A stretch of DNA of 64,000 nucleotides from an uncultured Deinococcaceae bacterium (GTDB lineage Bacteria > Deinococcota > Deinococci > Deinococcales > Deinococcaceae): positions 113,469-177,468 of the forward strand of contig CAXULY010000003.1 of the NCBI GenBank assembly GCA_964252075.1, written 5' to 3'. This document shows, piece after piece, positions 1 through 10,025 of the stretch. The position numbers and the translations under genes are program-made. The number at the start of each line of letters is the position of its first letter. Position 1 is the stretch's first letter. The notes under the pieces were generated by a model, which was not told the DNA's origin, did no database searches, and was given only the letters and a program-made list of their open reading frames with translations.

Positions 1-273
1 GTGCATGCCGCGCCCCGCGTTGTTCACCAGCACGTCTAGCCGCCCGTAGTGCGCGTGCGTGGCTTCCACCATGCGGCGCACCGCCGCGTCGTCCGTCACG
101 TCGGTGGGGAGGGCGAGCGCGCCGGGCAATTCAGCGGCCGCGCGCTCCAGCAGGTCCGCGCTGCGGGCCGCGAGGGCCACCTTCGCGCCTTGCGCGGCGA
201 GGAGGTGCGCGGCGGCCAGCCCAATGCCGCCCGACGCGCCCGTCACGAGCACCACCTTGTCCTGAAGGTCCAT
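1..273 (-). CDS. SDR family oxidoreductase (N-terminal part, truncated by window edge)
   Basis: Own translation MDLQDKVVLVTGASGGIG...LDVLVNNAG (TGxxxGIG and NNAG motifs); TACAAC 6 nt upstream of ATG. Confidence 0.9.
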   Translation of the reverse strand, partial: MDLQDKVVLVTGASGGIGLAAAHLLAAQGAKVALAARSADLLERAAAELPGALALPTDVTDDAAVRRMVEATHAHYGRLDVLVNNAGRGMH

Positions 274-313
274 GCGGCTGTTGTACCACCGCGCCCCGCG
301 CTCCGTCTGCGCC

Positions 314-1636
314 CTACTCGGCGTTCCCCAGGCGCACCTCGCGTTCGCGCTCCACGTCCTCCAGCGGTTCCGGCTTCAGGGGCTCCGGGGCCGCCTTCGT
401 GAGGTCCAGGCGCCGCAGTTCCGGCACCCGCCACGCCGCGAGCATCACGACGAGGAGCGTCACGAGGCCACCCAGCCACACGCTGCGCGCGGTGCCGAGC
501 AGGCTCGCCGCGAAGCCGCTCTCGAAGGCGCCGATCTCGTTCGACGACCCGATGAAGATCAGGCTGACGCTCGACACGCGCCCCCGCAGGTGGTCGGGCG
601 TGCGCAGGCGCAGGATGGCGCGGCGCACCACCATGCTCACGCCGTCGAAGCCGCCGCTGAAGGCCAGCGCGATCATGGAGAGCCACAGGTTGTGCGACAG
701 GGCGAACACGATGATGCTCACCCCGAAGCCCGCCACGCACCACAGCAGCGTGGCGCCCGCGTTCCGGGCGGGCGGGTGCCGCGTGGCCCACAGCGTGACG
801 AGCAGCGCGCCCACCGACGGCGCGGCCACCAGGAAGCCCAGGCCGCGCGCGCCCACGTGCAGGATGTCGTCCGCGAAGATGGGGAGCAGCGCCACCGCCC
901 CACCGAACAGCACCGCGAACAGGTCGAGCGCCATGCTGCCCACCAGCACCGGGTCCGCCCACACGAACCGCAGGCCAGCGCGGATGCTCTGTCCGATGGG
1001 CTCGGGCGTGTCGGTGGTGGGCGCGGGAATGGGTTTCGGCGGGATGCGCGAGATGGTGAGCCACGACGCGAGGTGCAGCGCCGCCACGATGCCGTACGCC
1101 CACCCGACGCCCAGCAGGTCGAAGGCGAACCCGCCGAGCGCCGGGCCGATCATGGAGGCGGCGAGGCCCGCGCTGCCCAGCCACGTCGCGGCGTTGAGGT
1201 ACGCCTGCGCGGGCACCACCTGCGTCTCGAAGGCGGACGCGGCGGGGTCCCCGAAGCCGCGCGCGAGGCCCGACGCGAACACCAGCGCGTACAGGGCGAG
1301 CAGCGTCGCGCTGCCCGCGCCGGAAATGAGGGCCATCAGCGCGGCGGCCACGACCAGCACGCTGCGCGAGATGAGCACGATGCGGCGGCGGTCGCGGCGG
1401 TCCGCGAAGTGCCCGCCGATCAGCGCGAGACCCAGCGCGGGCGCGGCCTCCACGAGGCCCAGCCAGCCCAGCGCGAGGGGGCTCTTCGTGAGCTGGTAGA
1501 TCTGGTAGCCGATCACGACGGCGAGCGCGCGCGCCGCGAGGTTCTCGGTGACGCCTGCGGCGAGGAGGTAACGGAAGTCGGGGAAGCGCAGGGCCGCGAG
1601 GGCGTCCGGGCGGGCGGCGGGGGCGGGAGCACGCAC
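314..1636 (-). CDS. MFS transporter
   Basis: Many hydrophobic segments, MFS motif A-like GGHFADRRDRRR. Confidence 0.9.
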   Translation of the reverse strand: MRAPAPAARPDALAALRFPDFRYLLAAGVTENLAARALAVVIGYQIYQLTKSPLALGWLGLVEAAPALGLALIGGHFADRRDRRRIVLISRSVLVVAAALMALISGAGSATLLALYALVFASGLARGFGDPAASAFETQVVPAQAYLNAATWLGSAGLAASMIGPALGGFAFDLLGVGWAYGIVAALHLASWLTISRIPPKPIPAPTTDTPEPIGQSIRAGLRFVWADPVLVGSMALDLFAVLFGGAVALLPIFADDILHVGARGLGFLVAAPSVGALLVTLWATRHPPARNAGATLLWCVAGFGVSIIVFALSHNLWLSMIALAFSGGFDGVSMVVRRAILRLRTPDHLRGRVSSVSLIFIGSSNEIGAFESGFAASLLGTARSVWLGGLVTLLVVMLAAWRVPELRRLDLTKAAPEPLKPEPLEDVEREREVRLGNAE

Positions 1637-1721
1637 CCCCGTACCCTACGCCCGAACGCCCACCCGTGAATGGAACCCCGTCGGGGACAGGCTCAGGGGG
1701 CCACCCTGGTCACCGGACCGC

Positions 1722-2645
1722 TCAGTCGAGGCGGTCCCGCAGCCACGCCGCCGCCTCATCCATGATCGCGGCCGCTTCCGGCAGGATGCCCGTGAGGTTC
1801 GCGAAGCCGTGAATGAGGCCGGGGCCGGGGCGGTACTCGGTGGGCACGCCCGCCTCACGCAGGCGCTCCGCGTAGGCGTGCCCCTCGTCGCGCAGGGGGT
1901 CGTACTCCGCGGTGAGGACCAGGGCGGGCGGCAGGCCGTTCAGGTCCGGCGCGAGGAGCGGCGACGCGAGCGGATTCAGGGCGTCCTGGGCCTGCGCGAG
2001 GTACGCGCTGCCGAAGAACTGCAGGCGCTCGCGCGTCAGGAAGTACCCTTCGCCGTTCTCCCGGTGCGAGGGCGTGTCCATGCTGGTCAAGTCCGTGGCG
2101 GGGTAGATGAGGAGCTGCGCGGCAAGCGTCGGGCCACCCTCGTCGCGCAGACGGAGCGTCACGGCGATGCTCAGGCTGGCGCCCGCGCTGTCCCCCGCCA
2201 CCGCTAGGCGCGCGGGGTCCGCGCCGAGTTCGCGCGCGTGGTCATGCACCCAGCGCACGGCGGCCTCCGCGTCCTCCACCGCGCCGGGGAAGGGCGTCTC
2301 GGGCGCGAGGCGGTACGCGACGGACACCACCACGCAGCGCGCGCCCGCGCACAGCTCGCGGCACACCTGGTCGTGCGTCTCGATGCCGTACGCCACGAAG
2401 CCGCCCCCGTGGAAGAACACCAGCGCCCCGAACGGCCCGTCCCCGAGGGGCGTGTACACGCGCGCGGCGAGGTCCCCGGCTGGGCCGGGCAGGGTGAGGT
2501 CGCGGGTGCCCGCGATCTGCACGGGGCGGCGCGGCAGCAGGCCGGAGAAGCGCTCGACGTTGGCGCGCATCTCCTCCAGGCTCTGCCCCTGGGGCGCGGC
2601 GGGCATCTGCTGCAGGTAGGCGGCCAGGATGGGGTTCAGGGGCAT
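1722..2645 (-). CDS. Alpha/beta hydrolase, HSL-family esterase/lipase
   Basis: HGGG oxyanion motif, GDSAG nucleophile, DPLRDEG and HGF motifs. Confidence 0.95.
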   Translation of the reverse strand: MPLNPILAAYLQQMPAAPQGQSLEEMRANVERFSGLLPRRPVQIAGTRDLTLPGPAGDLAARVYTPLGDGPFGALVFFHGGGFVAYGIETHDQVCRELCAGARCVVVSVAYRLAPETPFPGAVEDAEAAVRWVHDHARELGADPARLAVAGDSAGASLSIAVTLRLRDEGGPTLAAQLLIYPATDLTSMDTPSHRENGEGYFLTRERLQFFGSAYLAQAQDALNPLASPLLAPDLNGLPPALVLTAEYDPLRDEGHAYAERLREAGVPTEYRPGPGLIHGFANLTGILPEAAAIMDEAAAWLRDRLD

Positions 2646-2663
2646 GGGGCTCCTTTCAGGCGG

Positions 2664-3359
2664 TCAGCGCCAGGTGATGAGGTCGGGGGTGAGGTGCGCG
2701 GTCTCGTTGAAGCTGTCCAGACTGACGCGCCCCCCACCGTAGGTGAGGCGGGTGACGCTGGCGTTGCGCACCCGCCAGTTGAGGGCGAGCGCCGTGCGGT
2801 CCGGGGCTTCCAGCACGCCCGCGACGAGCAGACCGATCACGCCACCGGACGTGAAGGCCAGCACGGTCTCACCGGACGGCCCCGCCAGCAGGCCCGCCAT
2901 GAAGGCCCGCACGCGCGCCCGGAAGTCCGGCCAGGGCTCCACGTCCGGGTGCGTGACTTCACCTGTCCGCCACGCCTCCGCCAGCCGTTCGAGGAGCTTC
3001 TGCAGGCGCCGGTTGCGGTCGGAGGCGTCTCGGCCCGCTTCGAAGTCGCGCAGCAGGGCATCGAAATCCGGCACGCGGGCGGCGAGCAGGGGCGCGAGGA
3101 CGCGCAGCAGGCCGTCGCCGTCGTACTCCGCGAGCCGCGCGTCGACCTCCGGCTCCGGCCACTCGGGCTGCGCCGCCAGGTCGGCGGTGACCCGCTGGCG
3201 GCGCAGCGGGCCGGTCAGCACGCGGGTCGGCTCCAGGCCCTGCTCCGCGAGGGCCTCCCCCACCGCGCGCGCCTGGTCCTCCCCGAGGGCGCTCAGGCGG
3301 TCCGTGTCGGTGTCGAAGGGCGTGGCCTGCCCGTGCCGCACGAGGATGAGCTGACTCAA
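2664..3359 (-). CDS. Histidine phosphatase (phosphoglycerate mutase-like) family protein
   Basis: LVRHGQ motif, FTSGG, NASVT; TTG start overlapping upstream stop (TTGA). Confidence 0.9.
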   Translation of the reverse strand: MSQLILVRHGQATPFDTDTDRLSALGEDQARAVGEALAEQGLEPTRVLTGPLRRQRVTADLAAQPEWPEPEVDARLAEYDGDGLLRVLAPLLAARVPDFDALLRDFEAGRDASDRNRRLQKLLERLAEAWRTGEVTHPDVEPWPDFRARVRAFMAGLLAGPSGETVLAFTSGGVIGLLVAGVLEAPDRTALALNWRVRNASVTRLTYGGGRVSLDSFNETAHLTPDLITWR

Positions 3360-4429
3360 GGCTGGAGCCCCGCCAGTTCGCCCGCGCGCCGCACGAGCCA
3401 CGCGGCCTGCCGGCCCAGCGGCGCGAAGCGCGCGTCCTGCGTCTGTCCGGCGTGGTAGCGGGCGTAGATCTGCTGGGCGATCACTGCGAGCTTGAAGTGC
3501 CCCAGCACCTCGTACCACGCCATTCCGCTCAGGTCGCGGCCACTCTGCTCGGCGTACTGGTCCAGGAACTGCTCGCGGGTGAAGTACCCTTCGGCGCTCG
3601 CGGCGGCGCCCACGCGGCTCCTCGCGCCGCCTGGCAGTTCCGCCCAGGTCCAGTACGTGAGGGTCAGGCCCAGGTCCACCAAGGGGTCCCCGACGGTCGT
3701 CATCTCCCAGTCCAGCAGCGCCGTCACGCGCGAGGGGTCATGCGCGTCGAACATCAGGTTGTCCAGCTTGTAATCGTTGTGCACCAGGGTGTGCGCGGAC
3801 TCGGCGGGCGTGTGCGCCGTCAGCCACGCGATGAGCGCCTCGTCACCCAGTTCCCCGGTGCCAGGCAAGTCGTCCGTGCGGGCGCGGCGCCAGCGGCCCG
3901 CCCAGCCCTCTACCTGGCGCGCGTTGAAGCCCTCCGCGCGCCCCAGCGCATCCAGGCCCGTCACGCGGATGTCGATGGCGTGCAGGGCCGCGAGGGTGTC
4001 CACCAGCGCCACCGAGAGCCGCCGGGGCGCGTCCGGCAGGGCCGCGAAGGTGGCGGGCAGGCCCGTGCGAACCACCACGCCGCGCCGCCGCTCCATGAGG
4101 TAGAAGGTCGCGCCGATCACGCCCGTGTCCTCGCACAGCACGAGGGGCTCGGGCGCCGCCGGGAACACCGGGTGCAGGCGCTCCAGGAGATGGAACTCGC
4201 GCGCCATGTCGTGCGCCTTCGGCGCGACCGGGCCGAGCGGCGCCCGGCGAAGCACGTACTCCAACCCGCCCAGGCGCAGCAGGTACGTGAGGTTCGAGAA
4301 GCCGCCGGGGAACTGCTCGACCTCCAGCGCGTCCACATCCCCCAGGACGCGCCCGCGCAGCCAGTCGCGCAGGGCGGGCACGTCCAGCGCCTCGCCGGGC
4401 CGCACGGGTGCGGTGTCCGGCTGGGTCAC
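3356..4429 (-). CDS. APH/phosphotransferase family protein (ACAD10/11-kinase / LvaA-like)
   Basis: FPGGFSNLTY, HNDYKLDN, LDWE motifs; GTG start overlaps SDR stop (GTGA). Confidence 0.9.
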   Translation of the reverse strand: MTQPDTAPVRPGEALDVPALRDWLRGRVLGDVDALEVEQFPGGFSNLTYLLRLGGLEYVLRRAPLGPVAPKAHDMAREFHLLERLHPVFPAAPEPLVLCEDTGVIGATFYLMERRRGVVVRTGLPATFAALPDAPRRLSVALVDTLAALHAIDIRVTGLDALGRAEGFNARQVEGWAGRWRRARTDDLPGTGELGDEALIAWLTAHTPAESAHTLVHNDYKLDNLMFDAHDPSRVTALLDWEMTTVGDPLVDLGLTLTYWTWAELPGGARSRVGAAASAEGYFTREQFLDQYAEQSGRDLSGMAWYEVLGHFKLAVIAQQIYARYHAGQTQDARFAPLGRQAAWLVRRAGELAGLQP

Positions 4430-5199
4430 TGCCCTTCTCCAAACACTTTCGCGCGGTATCCGCGCATGGACTTCAGCCAGCGCTCGTGGTCCATCGCGCG
4501 CGCCTGGAAGGCCGGCAGCGTGGTGGGGTGCGTGAGCACCAGGAAGCGCTCCTCGCGCAGCGCCTCCACCACCGCGTCCGCCACCGCCTCCACCGTGATG
4601 GCGTGCGCGCGGATGGCGTCCCAGTCCGCGCCCGCGTTCTCGATCATGGGCGTCTGCACGAACTCCGGGCACAGGCACGACACCCGCACGCCCCGGTCCG
4701 CGTAGGTGATGGACAGCCACTCTGCGAACGCCACTGCGGCGTGCTTCGTGACGGCGTACGGCGCGCTGTGCAGTTCCGTGAGGAGGCCCGCGGCGCTCGC
4801 GGTGTTCAGGAAGTACCCGGAGCCCCGCTCCAGGTAGTGCGGCAGGAGGTGCCGCGCCGCCCACACGTGCGCCATCACGTTCACCCGCTGAATCAGGTCC
4901 CACTGGCTGTCCGGCGCGTCCACCCCGCCGTCCACCGCGATGCCCGCGTTCGAGCAGAACAGGTCCACCCGGCCCTCGTGCCCCAGCACGTCCTGAACGA
5001 GCGCCGCGACGGCCTCCTCCTTCGCCACGTTCGCCGCGACGAAGCGCGCGCCGATCTCCGCGGCCTTCTGCGCGCCGAGTTCCGCGTTCAGGTCGGACGC
5101 CACCACCGTCGCACCCAGCGCCACGAAACGCTGCGCGAGCGCCAGCCCGATGCCGCTCGCCGCGCCCGTCACCACCACCACCTTGCCGTCAAGCTCCAT
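4426..5199 (-). CDS. SDR family oxidoreductase
   Basis: [17 protein letters not shown] (YxxxK). Confidence 0.93.
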   Translation of the reverse strand: MELDGKVVVVTGAASGIGLALAQRFVALGATVVASDLNAELGAQKAAEIGARFVAANVAKEEAVAALVQDVLGHEGRVDLFCSNAGIAVDGGVDAPDSQWDLIQRVNVMAHVWAARHLLPHYLERGSGYFLNTASAAGLLTELHSAPYAVTKHAAVAFAEWLSITYADRGVRVSCLCPEFVQTPMIENAGADWDAIRAHAITVEAVADAVVEALREERFLVLTHPTTLPAFQARAMDHERWLKSMRGYRAKVFGEGQ

Positions 5200-6427
5200 G
5201 CGTCGCCTCCCTCGGCGTGAGCCGCCTCAGTTCCTCTTTCGCCACGGTCTCCAGGTGCACGGCGTCCGGGCCGTCCGCGAGGCGCAGGGTGCGCGCCTGC
5301 GCGTACATCGCCGCGAGGGGCGTGTCGCCGGAGACGCCCGCCCCGCCGAACACCTGAATGGCGCGGTCAATCACGGCGAGCGCGACGTTCGGCGCGACGA
5401 CCTTGATGGCCGCGATCTGCCCGCGCGCCGCCTTGTTCCCCACGGTGTCCATCATGTGCGCCGCGTGCAGCGTCAGGAGGCGCGCCTGGTCGATCTCGAT
5501 GCGGCTGCGCGCGATCAGCTCGCGCACGGTGCCCTGCCCGGCGAGCGGTTTGCCGAAGGCGACGCGGGTGCTGGCGCGCCCCACCATGAGGTCCAGCGCG
5601 CGCTCGGCCTGCCCGATGAGGCGCATGCAGTGGTGGATACGGCCCGGCCCGAGGCGGCCCTGCGCGATCTCGAAGCCGCGCCCCTCGCCCAGCAGGAGGT
5701 TCGCGGCGGGCACGCGCACATCCTCGAAGGTCACCTCGGCGTGCCCGTGCGGGGCGTCGTCGTACCCGAAGACGGTGAGCATGCGCCGCACAGTCACGCC
5801 GGGCGCGTCCATCGGGACGAGGATCATGCTCTGCTGCAGGTGCCGGGGCGCGCTCGGGTCGGTCTTGCCCATGAAGATCGCGAGGCGGCAGCGGGGGTCG
5901 CCCGCGCCGCTCGTCCACCACTTGCGCCCGTTCAGCACGTAGTTGTTTCCGTCACGCGTGATGCTGGATTCGATGTTCGTCGCGTCGCTGCTCGCCACGT
6001 CCGGCTCCGTCATGGCGAAGCACGAACGGATCTCGCCGTTCAGGAGGGGCGTGAGCCACGCGTCCTGCTGCTCGGGCGTGCCGTAGCGCGCGAGGACCTC
6101 CATGTTGCCGGTGTCCGGGGCGTTGCAGTTGAAGACCTCCGGCGCCCACCACACGCGGCCCATCACCTCGCACAGCGGCGCGTACTCCAGGTTCGTGAGG
6201 CCCGCCCCGAAGCGCCCTCCGGGGTCACTCTCGGGCGGCAGGAACAGGTTCCACAGGCCCTCAGCACGCGCCTGGGCCTTCAGGTCCTCGATGAGCGGCA
6301 CGTGCTCCCAGCGGTGCCCGGCGTTTACCTGCCGGTCGAACTCCGCCTCGTTCGGGTACACGTGCGCCTCCATGAAGCGCGTCAGTCGGTCCAGCAGCGC
6401 GCGGCTGCGGGAGGTCGGTTCAAGCAT
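5189..6427 (-). CDS. Acyl-CoA dehydrogenase (ACAD10/11-type ACAD domain)
   Basis: [56 protein letters not shown] before ATG 6427. Confidence 0.95.
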   Translation of the reverse strand: MLEPTSRSRALLDRLTRFMEAHVYPNEAEFDRQVNAGHRWEHVPLIEDLKAQARAEGLWNLFLPPESDPGGRFGAGLTNLEYAPLCEVMGRVWWAPEVFNCNAPDTGNMEVLARYGTPEQQDAWLTPLLNGEIRSCFAMTEPDVASSDATNIESSITRDGNNYVLNGRKWWTSGAGDPRCRLAIFMGKTDPSAPRHLQQSMILVPMDAPGVTVRRMLTVFGYDDAPHGHAEVTFEDVRVPAANLLLGEGRGFEIAQGRLGPGRIHHCMRLIGQAERALDLMVGRASTRVAFGKPLAGQGTVRELIARSRIEIDQARLLTLHAAHMMDTVGNKAARGQIAAIKVVAPNVALAVIDRAIQVFGGAGVSGDTPLAAMYAQARTLRLADGPDAVHLETVAKEELRRLTPREATHGA

Positions 6428-6444
6428 GCGGCTCTCCTTGAAGG

Positions 6445-6768
6445 TCATGGTCCATCCGGTGGGCGGAACCCTGCCCGGTCTCCATCAATGCTGAGCAGGC
6501 AGCCCTGGTAGCTCTTCAGGCCGTCCTCGCTGCGGATGACCAGACCCAGTTCCAGAATCTCCTCGACGAGCTCCATGTTGCGGTCCAGCAGCTCGGGCGT
6601 TTCTCGCTCCTCCAGCTGGTTGAAGACCCGCGTGTCCACCTCGAACAGCGCCCGGTAAGGCTCGAAGGCGGGGGTGGGCTCGAAGCCACAGCGGAGGGCG
6701 AACATCTCCATCTCGATGAGCGGCATCCGCGCCAGCAGCTGACCGTCCTTCTCCAATAGGTACATCAC
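6445..6768 (-). CDS. Hypothetical 107-aa acidic protein (paralog A)
   Basis: GTG start overlaps PaaI stop; 57/107 identical, ungapped, to ORF 7190-7513 by manual alignment. Confidence 0.8.
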   Translation of the reverse strand: MMYLLEKDGQLLARMPLIEMEMFALRCGFEPTPAFEPYRALFEVDTRVFNQLEERETPELLDRNMELVEEILELGLVIRSEDGLKSYQGCLLSIDGDRAGFRPPDGP

Positions 6769-7193
6769 GCGCGGGGCTCCACGTCGGCGGTCATGATGGT
6801 GCCAAGCGCCGTGGCGCACAGGCGCTCCTGGCTGTCCTGCACGCTCAGCACGTCGCAGCGGCACACCGCCTGCCGCCGCCCGCTGGACAGCACGCTGGCG
6901 CGCGCGACGAGCGCCTCGCCCTGGGCGGGGCGCAGGTAATTGATCTTGTACTCGGCGGTGAGGACGTTCAGGCCCAGCACGCTCCCGCCCGCGAAGGTCA
7001 GGGCGTTGTCCGCGAGGTAGGACAGCACCCCGCCGTGCACGAAGCCGTGCTGCTGGCGGTGCTCGGGCCGCACGGGGAGGCGCAGCACCGCCACGCCCGG
7101 CTCGAACGCGTCCACTTCGGTGCCCAGCAGGGCGCTGAAGGGCTGGCGCGCCAGCACCTCGCGCCCCATGGGGAGGAGGTCCTGGGTGGTCAC
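6765..7193 (-). CDS. PaaI family (hotdog) thioesterase
   Basis: GFVHGGVLSYLAD, KINYLRPA motifs. Confidence 0.92.
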   Translation of the reverse strand: MTTQDLLPMGREVLARQPFSALLGTEVDAFEPGVAVLRLPVRPEHRQQHGFVHGGVLSYLADNALTFAGGSVLGLNVLTAEYKINYLRPAQGEALVARASVLSSGRRQAVCRCDVLSVQDSQERLCATALGTIMTADVEPRA

Positions 7194-7513
7194 GCCTCGT
7201 CCAGCGGCCGGAAGTCCGCGCGGTCCCCGCTGATGCCCAGCAGGAACAGGAAGTGCTCCTCGCTGTCGTCCTCCGCGCGGATGGTGAAGCGCAGGTTCAC
7301 GATGGTGTCCGTGAGTTCACGGGCGCGCTCCACCAGTTCCGGCGGGGCGTCCTCGTTCAGTTGCGTGGCGATCAGCGCGTCCTCGTCGAACAGCGCCTGG
7401 TACGGCGCGAAGGCGGGCGTGGGCTCGAAGGCGCAGTGCGCGCCGAGGTCGTCCATCTCGATGAGCGGCATGCGCGCCAGCAGTTCGTAGTCCTTCTCCA
7501 GCAGGTACACCAT
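7190..7513 (-). CDS. Hypothetical 107-aa acidic protein (paralog B)
   Basis: AAGGAGG RBS; stop overlaps PaaI start; paralog of 6445-6768. Confidence 0.8.
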   Translation of the reverse strand: MVYLLEKDYELLARMPLIEMDDLGAHCAFEPTPAFAPYQALFDEDALIATQLNEDAPPELVERARELTDTIVNLRFTIRAEDDSEEHFLFLLGISGDRADFRPLDEA

Positions 7514-7527
7514 GACCTTGGCCTCCT

Positions 7528-7971
7528 TCAGAAGTACACCCGCGCCAGCCATTCGGCGGCGAGCGCGGGGCGGTCCTCGCCCTCAATGTCCACGGTGACG
7601 GTGAGGGTGAGCTGCGCGTGGCCCGGCCCCTCCTCCACCCCGGTCAGCACCGCGCGGCTGCGGACGCGCGCCCCGACCCGCACGGGCGTCACGAAGCGCA
7701 CGCGGTTCAGGCCGTAATTCAGGACCATGCGGGCGGACAGGTCGTTCAGGCCGCGCGGCATCAGGTCGCCCGCGAGGAGCGCGAGGGTGAGGAAGCCGTG
7801 CGCGACCGTCCCACCAAAGGGCGTGCCCGCCGCGCGCTCGGGGTCCACGTGGATGAACTGGCGGTCCCCGGTGGCGTCCGCGAAGGCGTCCACGCGCGCT
7901 TGCGTGATGGGCAGCCAGTCCGAAATGCCGAGGTCCTGCCCCACGCGCGAGCGCAGGTCCGCGAGGGTCAT
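7528..7971 (-). CDS. MaoC family dehydratase
   Basis: FADATGDRQFIHVDP, TVAHGFLTL, NYGLNRVRF; ATGA overlap with upstream SDR. Confidence 0.93.
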   Translation of the reverse strand: MTLADLRSRVGQDLGISDWLPITQARVDAFADATGDRQFIHVDPERAAGTPFGGTVAHGFLTLALLAGDLMPRGLNDLSARMVLNYGLNRVRFVTPVRVGARVRSRAVLTGVEEGPGHAQLTLTVTVDIEGEDRPALAAEWLARVYF

Positions 7972-8744
7972 ACGGCGCTCGCCCCGCCATCCACCGCGAT
8001 GTTCTGCCCCGTGATGTACGCGCCCGCGTCGCTCGCGAGCAGCAGCGCGACGCCCTTGAGGTCCTCGTCGTTCCCGAGGCGCCCGAGGGGCGTGTGCTCG
8101 ATGATGCGCGCCTCTCCGTACGCGAGGGTGCCGCGCGTCATCTTGGTGGGAAAGTACCCGGGGCAGATGCCGTTCACGGTGATGCCGTGCCGCGCCCACT
8201 CGCCCGCGAGCGCGCGCGTGAGGTTCACGACGCCGCCCTTGCTGGTGTTGTACGCGAGGGTGGGGATCATCTGCGGGTCGTTGCCCTGCAGGCCCGCGAC
8301 GGACGCGATGTTCACGACGCGCCCGTACCCGGCGGGAATCATGGCGTGCTTCCCGACCGCCTGCGTGAGCAGGAAGAGGCCCGTGAGGTTCAGGTTCAGG
8401 ACCTTCTGCCAGGCATCCAGCGGGTGCTCCGCGGTGGGGGCGCCCCAGGTGGCGCCCGCGTTGTTCACGAGGATGTCCACGCGCCCCAGCTGAGCCATGA
8501 GGCCCTGCACGAGCGGTTCGATGGTGTCGAAGGCGCTCAGGTCGTGCCGCACGACGGTGCAGGTCACGCCCTGGCCCTCCAGTTGGGCTTTCGCGGCGTC
8601 GAGTTCGTCCTGCTTGCGGGCGGTGAGGACCACGTGCGCGCCGTACTCGCCGAGCGCCTCCGCAATCTGGAGGCCCAGCCCACGCGAGCCGCCCGTGATG
8701 AGCGCCACGCGCCCGGAAAGGTCAAAAAGCTGGTTGAGAGGCAA
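7968..8744 (-). CDS. SDR family oxidoreductase (gluconate 5-dehydrogenase-like subfamily)
   Basis: TGGSRGLG, NNAGATWG, YNTSK; AGGAG RBS and TTG start. Confidence 0.92.
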   Translation of the reverse strand: MPLNQLFDLSGRVALITGGSRGLGLQIAEALGEYGAHVVLTARKQDELDAAKAQLEGQGVTCTVVRHDLSAFDTIEPLVQGLMAQLGRVDILVNNAGATWGAPTAEHPLDAWQKVLNLNLTGLFLLTQAVGKHAMIPAGYGRVVNIASVAGLQGNDPQMIPTLAYNTSKGGVVNLTRALAGEWARHGITVNGICPGYFPTKMTRGTLAYGEARIIEHTPLGRLGNDEDLKGVALLLASDAGAYITGQNIAVDGGASAV

Positions 8745-8762
8745 GAAAATCTCCTGAGTGGG

Positions 8763-9182
8763 TCAGAACAGGTCGTAGTGGGCGCGGGCGAGGGTGAAGC
8801 CGTGCCCCTGGGTGTTCGTGCAGCGCACGCCCGCGCGGCTGGACGCGCAGGTGATGCCCGCGCGCCGCCACGTCTGCCCGTAGTCCAGCACCGGGCGCAC
8901 CGCCATTACGGTGTCGCCGTGGCAGGTGAAGGCCGCGCGGCCCGTGGGAGCCACGTACAGCGAGTCGCCCCACGCGAGGGGGCAGTCGGCGGGCGGGGCG
9001 GGCGCGTGGAAGGTGGGGTCCAGCACGTCACAGCGCACCTCAGACCCGTAACTGGGGTCCTGGCTGAACTGGCACTGCAGCCGCCCGGACGGCAGGGTGA
9101 AGCCGTCCTGGTAGCGGTCCGCCGTCTGCGCGAGGGCGCCCCCGAGGGTGAGGGCGAGCAGCAGGGCGAGGCGGCGCTTCAC
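8763..9182 (-). CDS. Secreted cysteine-containing small protein (DUF6636-like)
   Basis: Signal peptide MKRRLALLLALTLGGALA; six Cys; FTLPSG..C and LDYGQTW..C..GVRCTN..GHGF pattern recalled from DUF6636. Confidence 0.75.
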   Translation of the reverse strand: MKRRLALLLALTLGGALAQTADRYQDGFTLPSGRLQCQFSQDPSYGSEVRCDVLDPTFHAPAPPADCPLAWGDSLYVAPTGRAAFTCHGDTVMAVRPVLDYGQTWRRAGITCASSRAGVRCTNTQGHGFTLARAHYDLF

Positions 9183-10015
9183 ACAAACTCCGAGACGCCG
9201 TGAATGAAGTTCAGCACGTCGCGGTTGAACTCGTCCGCGCGCTCGATGATGGGGACGTGCCCCACGCCAGGGTACGTGATCAGGTGCGCGTTCGGGATGT
9301 GGCTCGCGAGGAACTGGCCGTTCCCGTAAGGCACGAGGGGGTCGGCGTCCCCGTGAATGACGAGGGTGGGCGCGTGAATCTCACCCAGGCGGGTGGAGGT
9401 GTCGTGCGTCTGGATGGCGCCGTACTGCCGCGCGAAGGCAGCGGGTGAGGTGGGACGCTCGGTGGCGGCCTGCGCGAGGAGGTCCGCGACCTCCGGGTGG
9501 GCGTCCATGAAGCCGGGGCCTGTGATGGTTCGGAAGGTGTAGCGCGCGCGCTCGGCCGGGTCCGCGGTGGGGTCAGGGATGAGCGCCGCCTGCGCCTCGG
9601 GGGTGGGGCGCAGGTGCGTCGCGCCGCCCGCAGAGGTGCTGACCAGCACGAGGCTCTGCACGACGTCCGGGTGGCGCAGCGCGAGGTTCAGGGAAATAAA
9701 CCCGCCCATGCTGAGGCCCACCACGTGCGCGCGGTCGATGTTCAGGGCGTGCAGGAACTGTGCGGCGTCGTCCGCCTGGTCGATAATGGCGTAAGGGTCC
9801 TCGTAGGGGTCAGAATCGCCGATGTCGCGATGGTCCATGGCGATGGTGCGGTACTGCTGCCCGAAGGCGGGCATCTGCCGCGCCCAGCCCTGGCGGGTGG
9901 CGCCCAGGCCGTTCAGCAGCAGGATGGTGCCGCGCGGCTCGGGCGGCGTGACCTCGTCGTAGGCGAGGCGGCGGCCGCCGATGTCGGCGTACTTCGGGGC
10001 GGGGGTCTGGGTCAT
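9179..10015 (-). CDS. Alpha/beta fold hydrolase
   Basis: GLSMGG nucleophile elbow, HGDADPLVP, C-terminal GH. Confidence 0.92.
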   Translation of the reverse strand: MTQTPAPKYADIGGRRLAYDEVTPPEPRGTILLLNGLGATRQGWARQMPAFGQQYRTIAMDHRDIGDSDPYEDPYAIIDQADDAAQFLHALNIDRAHVVGLSMGGFISLNLALRHPDVVQSLVLVSTSAGGATHLRPTPEAQAALIPDPTADPAERARYTFRTITGPGFMDAHPEVADLLAQAATERPTSPAAFARQYGAIQTHDTSTRLGEIHAPTLVIHGDADPLVPYGNGQFLASHIPNAHLITYPGVGHVPIIERADEFNRDVLNFIHGVSEFV

Positions 10016-10025
10016 GCGTCTCCTC

